Positions 61,659-64,000 of a DNA stretch of 64,000 nt are shown piece by piece. The DNA comes from Ignavibacteria bacterium (lineage in GTDB: Bacteria > Bacteroidota > Ignavibacteria > Kapaibacteriales > Kapaibacteriaceae), in contig CANMBE010000006.1 of NCBI GenBank assembly GCA_947495975.1, forward strand, positions 951 to 64,950, written 5' to 3'. The notes below the pieces were generated by a model, which saw only the letters and a program-made list of their open reading frames with translations, did not search any database and was not told the origin of the DNA. Positions within the stretch are counted from its first letter, which is position 1. Every line of letters starts with the position of its first letter. The position numbers and the translations under genes were made by a program.

Positions 61659-62326
61659 GCAATCTTGAGCCCTACAACCATGCCGTCACCAAGGGGGACC
61701 AGAGTGCTTTGCAATTGCGGATGGGTACACATATGGTTGTTGAACGCATCCAGGGCCTGCACATTGTGAGGCTCAAACAGAGTAGTTGCGCTACGAGCCA
61801 CCTCGCCCCATGCCAAAGCGTTATCGCCGATGATGAGCCCGCCCAGGCGTACCCGTGGCAGAACGAGGTCTAGATAAGCGCTGTAGTTGACTTTGTCAGC
61901 ATCGATGAAGACTGCGTCAAAGGTCACATCAGTGGTTTCGAGCAGGCGTGCTATGGTTTGAAGGGCTGCACCCTCCAAAACATGAATCACGGATTCAAAA
62001 CCAAACTCACGAGCCTTACCACGAATGAATTGGGCATGTGTTGGATCGTATTCACACGCATAAAGCACGCCATAGGATGGCAATGCCTGAGCCATGACGA
62101 TTGCCGAATATCCCGCTAGCGACCCAATCTCGAGAACAGTTGTAGCTCCAATTGATCGAAGCATGACTTGCAGAAAATTTGTCTGTTCCGGTGAGATCGA
62201 GATTGCAGGGATGCCGGCATCGAGTGCTTGGATGTTGAGCAGACGTAATGCCGCCGATTCCGAAGAGAACCGTGTAGCGATATAGTCATTGAGCTCATCG
62301 GTGAGATACGTAGATCGAGTAGCCAT
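61655..62326 (-). CDS. SAM-dependent O-methyltransferase (CCoAOMT/COMT-like)
   Basis: LEIGSLAGYS, FIDADK, DNALAWG and PLGDG motifs. Confidence 0.93.
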   Translation of the reverse strand: MATRSTYLTDELNDYIATRFSSESAALRLLNIQALDAGIPAISISPEQTNFLQVMLRSIGATTVLEIGSLAGYSAIVMAQALPSYGVLYACEYDPTHAQFIRGKAREFGFESVIHVLEGAALQTIARLLETTDVTFDAVFIDADKVNYSAYLDLVLPRVRLGGLIIGDNALAWGEVARSATTLFEPHNVQALDAFNNHMCTHPQLQSTLVPLGDGMVVGLKIA

Positions 62327-62329
62327 GAC

Positions 62330-63277
62330 TTACGGCCTGTGCCCGATTCCTACGTTCACATTCACACCGCTCCTGTTGAAATCGTGCAGAAATTTCTTCA
62401 ATGTCATAAGAGTCGAGTCTAGCTTGCTTGCAATATCATCGTCATACATCAATGCATGCAGCAGGCTCTTGTTTGTCTTTATGTCTTGCACAATTCCATT
62501 GATGCGGCCGATAAGAGTATCGGCACCCATTATTGCACCATCAGCTTTTGAAAGAGTTGCCTCGAGACTGAGAAGTACTTTGTCGGCGCGGTCAATAATC
62601 TGCGAAACCTTGGGCTCGTTACGGTTTACACTCTCACGAAGCTGCGACGTAATGTCTCGCAAATCTCGAATAGATGCTGTCAACGGTGTACGATTCTGTT
62701 GAAACCAGCCACGCAGGTCTGTCATGAGCACAGCGCCGTCGGAAGAGATCGTCCGCACGTTGTTCACAAACGAACCGTCTCGCATAAGATCTGTGAGCCC
62801 AGCGCTGATTGTATCGAGCCTTCGCACCAGATTGATGGCGTTGCCGCTTACTTCACCAAGAGACGTAACGAGGGTGCCAATATCAGCCGCTACCGTACCA
62901 GGAATTTCCGCGTCAGGATTCAACGATTGGGTGGATGACCCAGGAATGATCTCGATTTTCTTACCGCCAGTGATTTCAAGGATGGTGACAAATGCCTTGG
63001 CGTCGCTCATAACATCAGAAGCATCGCTAAGACTAACGTGTACAAGCACCGCCCCGTTGTCGTTTACAACGTCTGACACAATTCCGCGCTTCACTCCATT
63101 GACCACAACAGGACTTCCTGTTTCAACACCGCCTGATGTGGCAAGCCGGACCTTTAGCGTGCGCTTACTTGGGTCAAGACTGAGCCCCTTGCCAAGCATA
63201 ATGCCGCCGATGAGGAGTGCAATGGAAACGATGCTAACAAGGCCAACGCGGATTTCAGTGGAGCGCGAAATATTCAA
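62330..63277 (-). CDS. MlaD/MCE family protein
   Basis: EIRVG plus TM helix, GVETGSPVVVNGVKRG, C-terminal helical region; GGAG upstream of TTG 63277. Confidence 0.9.
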   Translation of the reverse strand: MNISRSTEIRVGLVSIVSIALLIGGIMLGKGLSLDPSKRTLKVRLATSGGVETGSPVVVNGVKRGIVSDVVNDNGAVLVHVSLSDASDVMSDAKAFVTILEITGGKKIEIIPGSSTQSLNPDAEIPGTVAADIGTLVTSLGEVSGNAINLVRRLDTISAGLTDLMRDGSFVNNVRTISSDGAVLMTDLRGWFQQNRTPLTASIRDLRDITSQLRESVNRNEPKVSQIIDRADKVLLSLEATLSKADGAIMGADTLIGRINGIVQDIKTNKSLLHALMYDDDIASKLDSTLMTLKKFLHDFNRSGVNVNVGIGHRP

Positions 63278-63296
63278 CGGGATTTCTCCGAGAAGA

Positions 63297-63713
63297 TCAG
63301 AATGGAATATCGTCCGATTCCGGGGCAGGCGCAACGTTATGTTGCTCCGTGTCTCCAGTAGCTTGAGGCTGATCGGATTTCTTCGGGTCTAGTAATAAAA
63401 GATTATCTGCTACGATCTCTGTGACGTACCGTTTATTCCCATCTCGATCTTCGAAAGACCTCGATTGGATCTTGCCTTCCACGTATATGCGCGAGCCACG
63501 ATGGACAAGCTTCTCCACAACATCTGCTAGGCCACGCCACGCAATGATGGTGTGCCAGTCTGTGTGCTCTTGCACTGCGCCATCCTTGTCCTTCCATGAC
63601 TCAGATGTTGCTAGTCGAAGTTGAGCCACCTTCACACCGCTTGGTGTAAAGTTTACGTCAGGGTCTTTCCCAACGTTTCCAATCAACATCACTTTATTCA
63701 GCGTGCGGGACAT
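63297..63713 (-). CDS. ssb: Single-stranded DNA-binding protein
   Basis: NKVMLIGNVGKDP, TDWH, YVEGKI and C-terminal DDIPF. Confidence 0.98.
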   Translation of the reverse strand: MSRTLNKVMLIGNVGKDPDVNFTPSGVKVAQLRLATSESWKDKDGAVQEHTDWHTIIAWRGLADVVEKLVHRGSRIYVEGKIQSRSFEDRDGNKRYVTEIVADNLLLLDPKKSDQPQATGDTEQHNVAPAPESDDIPF

Positions 63714-63770
63714 ACCTCACCTCAAAAAATAATCCAACGAATGGTTGAGGATCACCTGTCGTTGCAACTT

Positions 63771-63778
63771 CAAATATA
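63771..63778 (-). promoter_or_regulatory. -7 promoter element TATATTTG for ssb
   Basis: TAnnTTTG upstream of ssb, followed by a CAACGA...TCGTTG hairpin in the putative 5' UTR. Confidence 0.55.
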
Positions 63779-64000
63779 CCACGCACTGACAAGGCATCCG
63801 TAACCAAAGTGGCTTTGACAGGTGAAAACGTGACGTATAGTCAGAAAGATTGGATGGTTCTACGAGTCAAAATCCTGTGCAGATTTGTGATATGCCAAGT
63901 TTCCTCATGATGAGTTTGATAGACGATGTGCCGGTGATGTTCAACCACCTGCAGCCAATCGACATCTCGCTGCATATCTCAGGCGGTGAACAACCGAATG

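Noticed and set aside
63800..64000. Partial CDS at the right edge of the window
   Set aside because: Several short open frames on both strands; none can be identified.

Overview
A 64-kb, gene-dense bacterial chromosome segment. The organism is most likely an FCB-group bacterium close to Ca. Kapabacteria/Ignavibacteria; this is inferred from T9SS C-terminal sorting domains, a DUF4835/PorD-like gene, Gln after signal-peptide cleavage sites, TAnnTTTG -7 promoter elements and a mitochondrial-type aconitase. Most of the window is housekeeping: recO, lpxB, lpxK, tmk, ndk, sucD, gatA, tat, purQS, pssA-psd, dnaN-recF-DUF721-gyrB, ahcY-metK, aconitase, two FKBPs and ssb. These are interspersed with secreted T9SS cargo, including two tandem M12B metalloproteases, an arylsulfotransferase-like protein, an esterase and an Ig-domain protein. 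I found no rRNA, tRNA, CRISPR array, prophage or intact mobile element. The most notable observations are: (1) a secreted protein with about 27 Cys coupled to a T9SS beta-propeller protein; (2) an in-frame TadA-RsmI fusion of two RNA-modifying enzymes; (3) a membrane-anchored GAF-GAF protein with a degenerate GGDEF domain but an intact RxxD I-site; (4) an HhH plus beta-barrel gene pair head-to-head with the porD-like gene; (5) several decayed gene remnants in intergenic gaps (lipase, class III cyclase, IS200/RAYT-type transposase, AlkC-like, PIN); (6) a G-quadruplex-capable heptamer array in the promoter of a probably leaderless gene; (7) Lys-rich extensions on SucD and AhcY. All family assignments come from motif recognition by eye; no database search was run.
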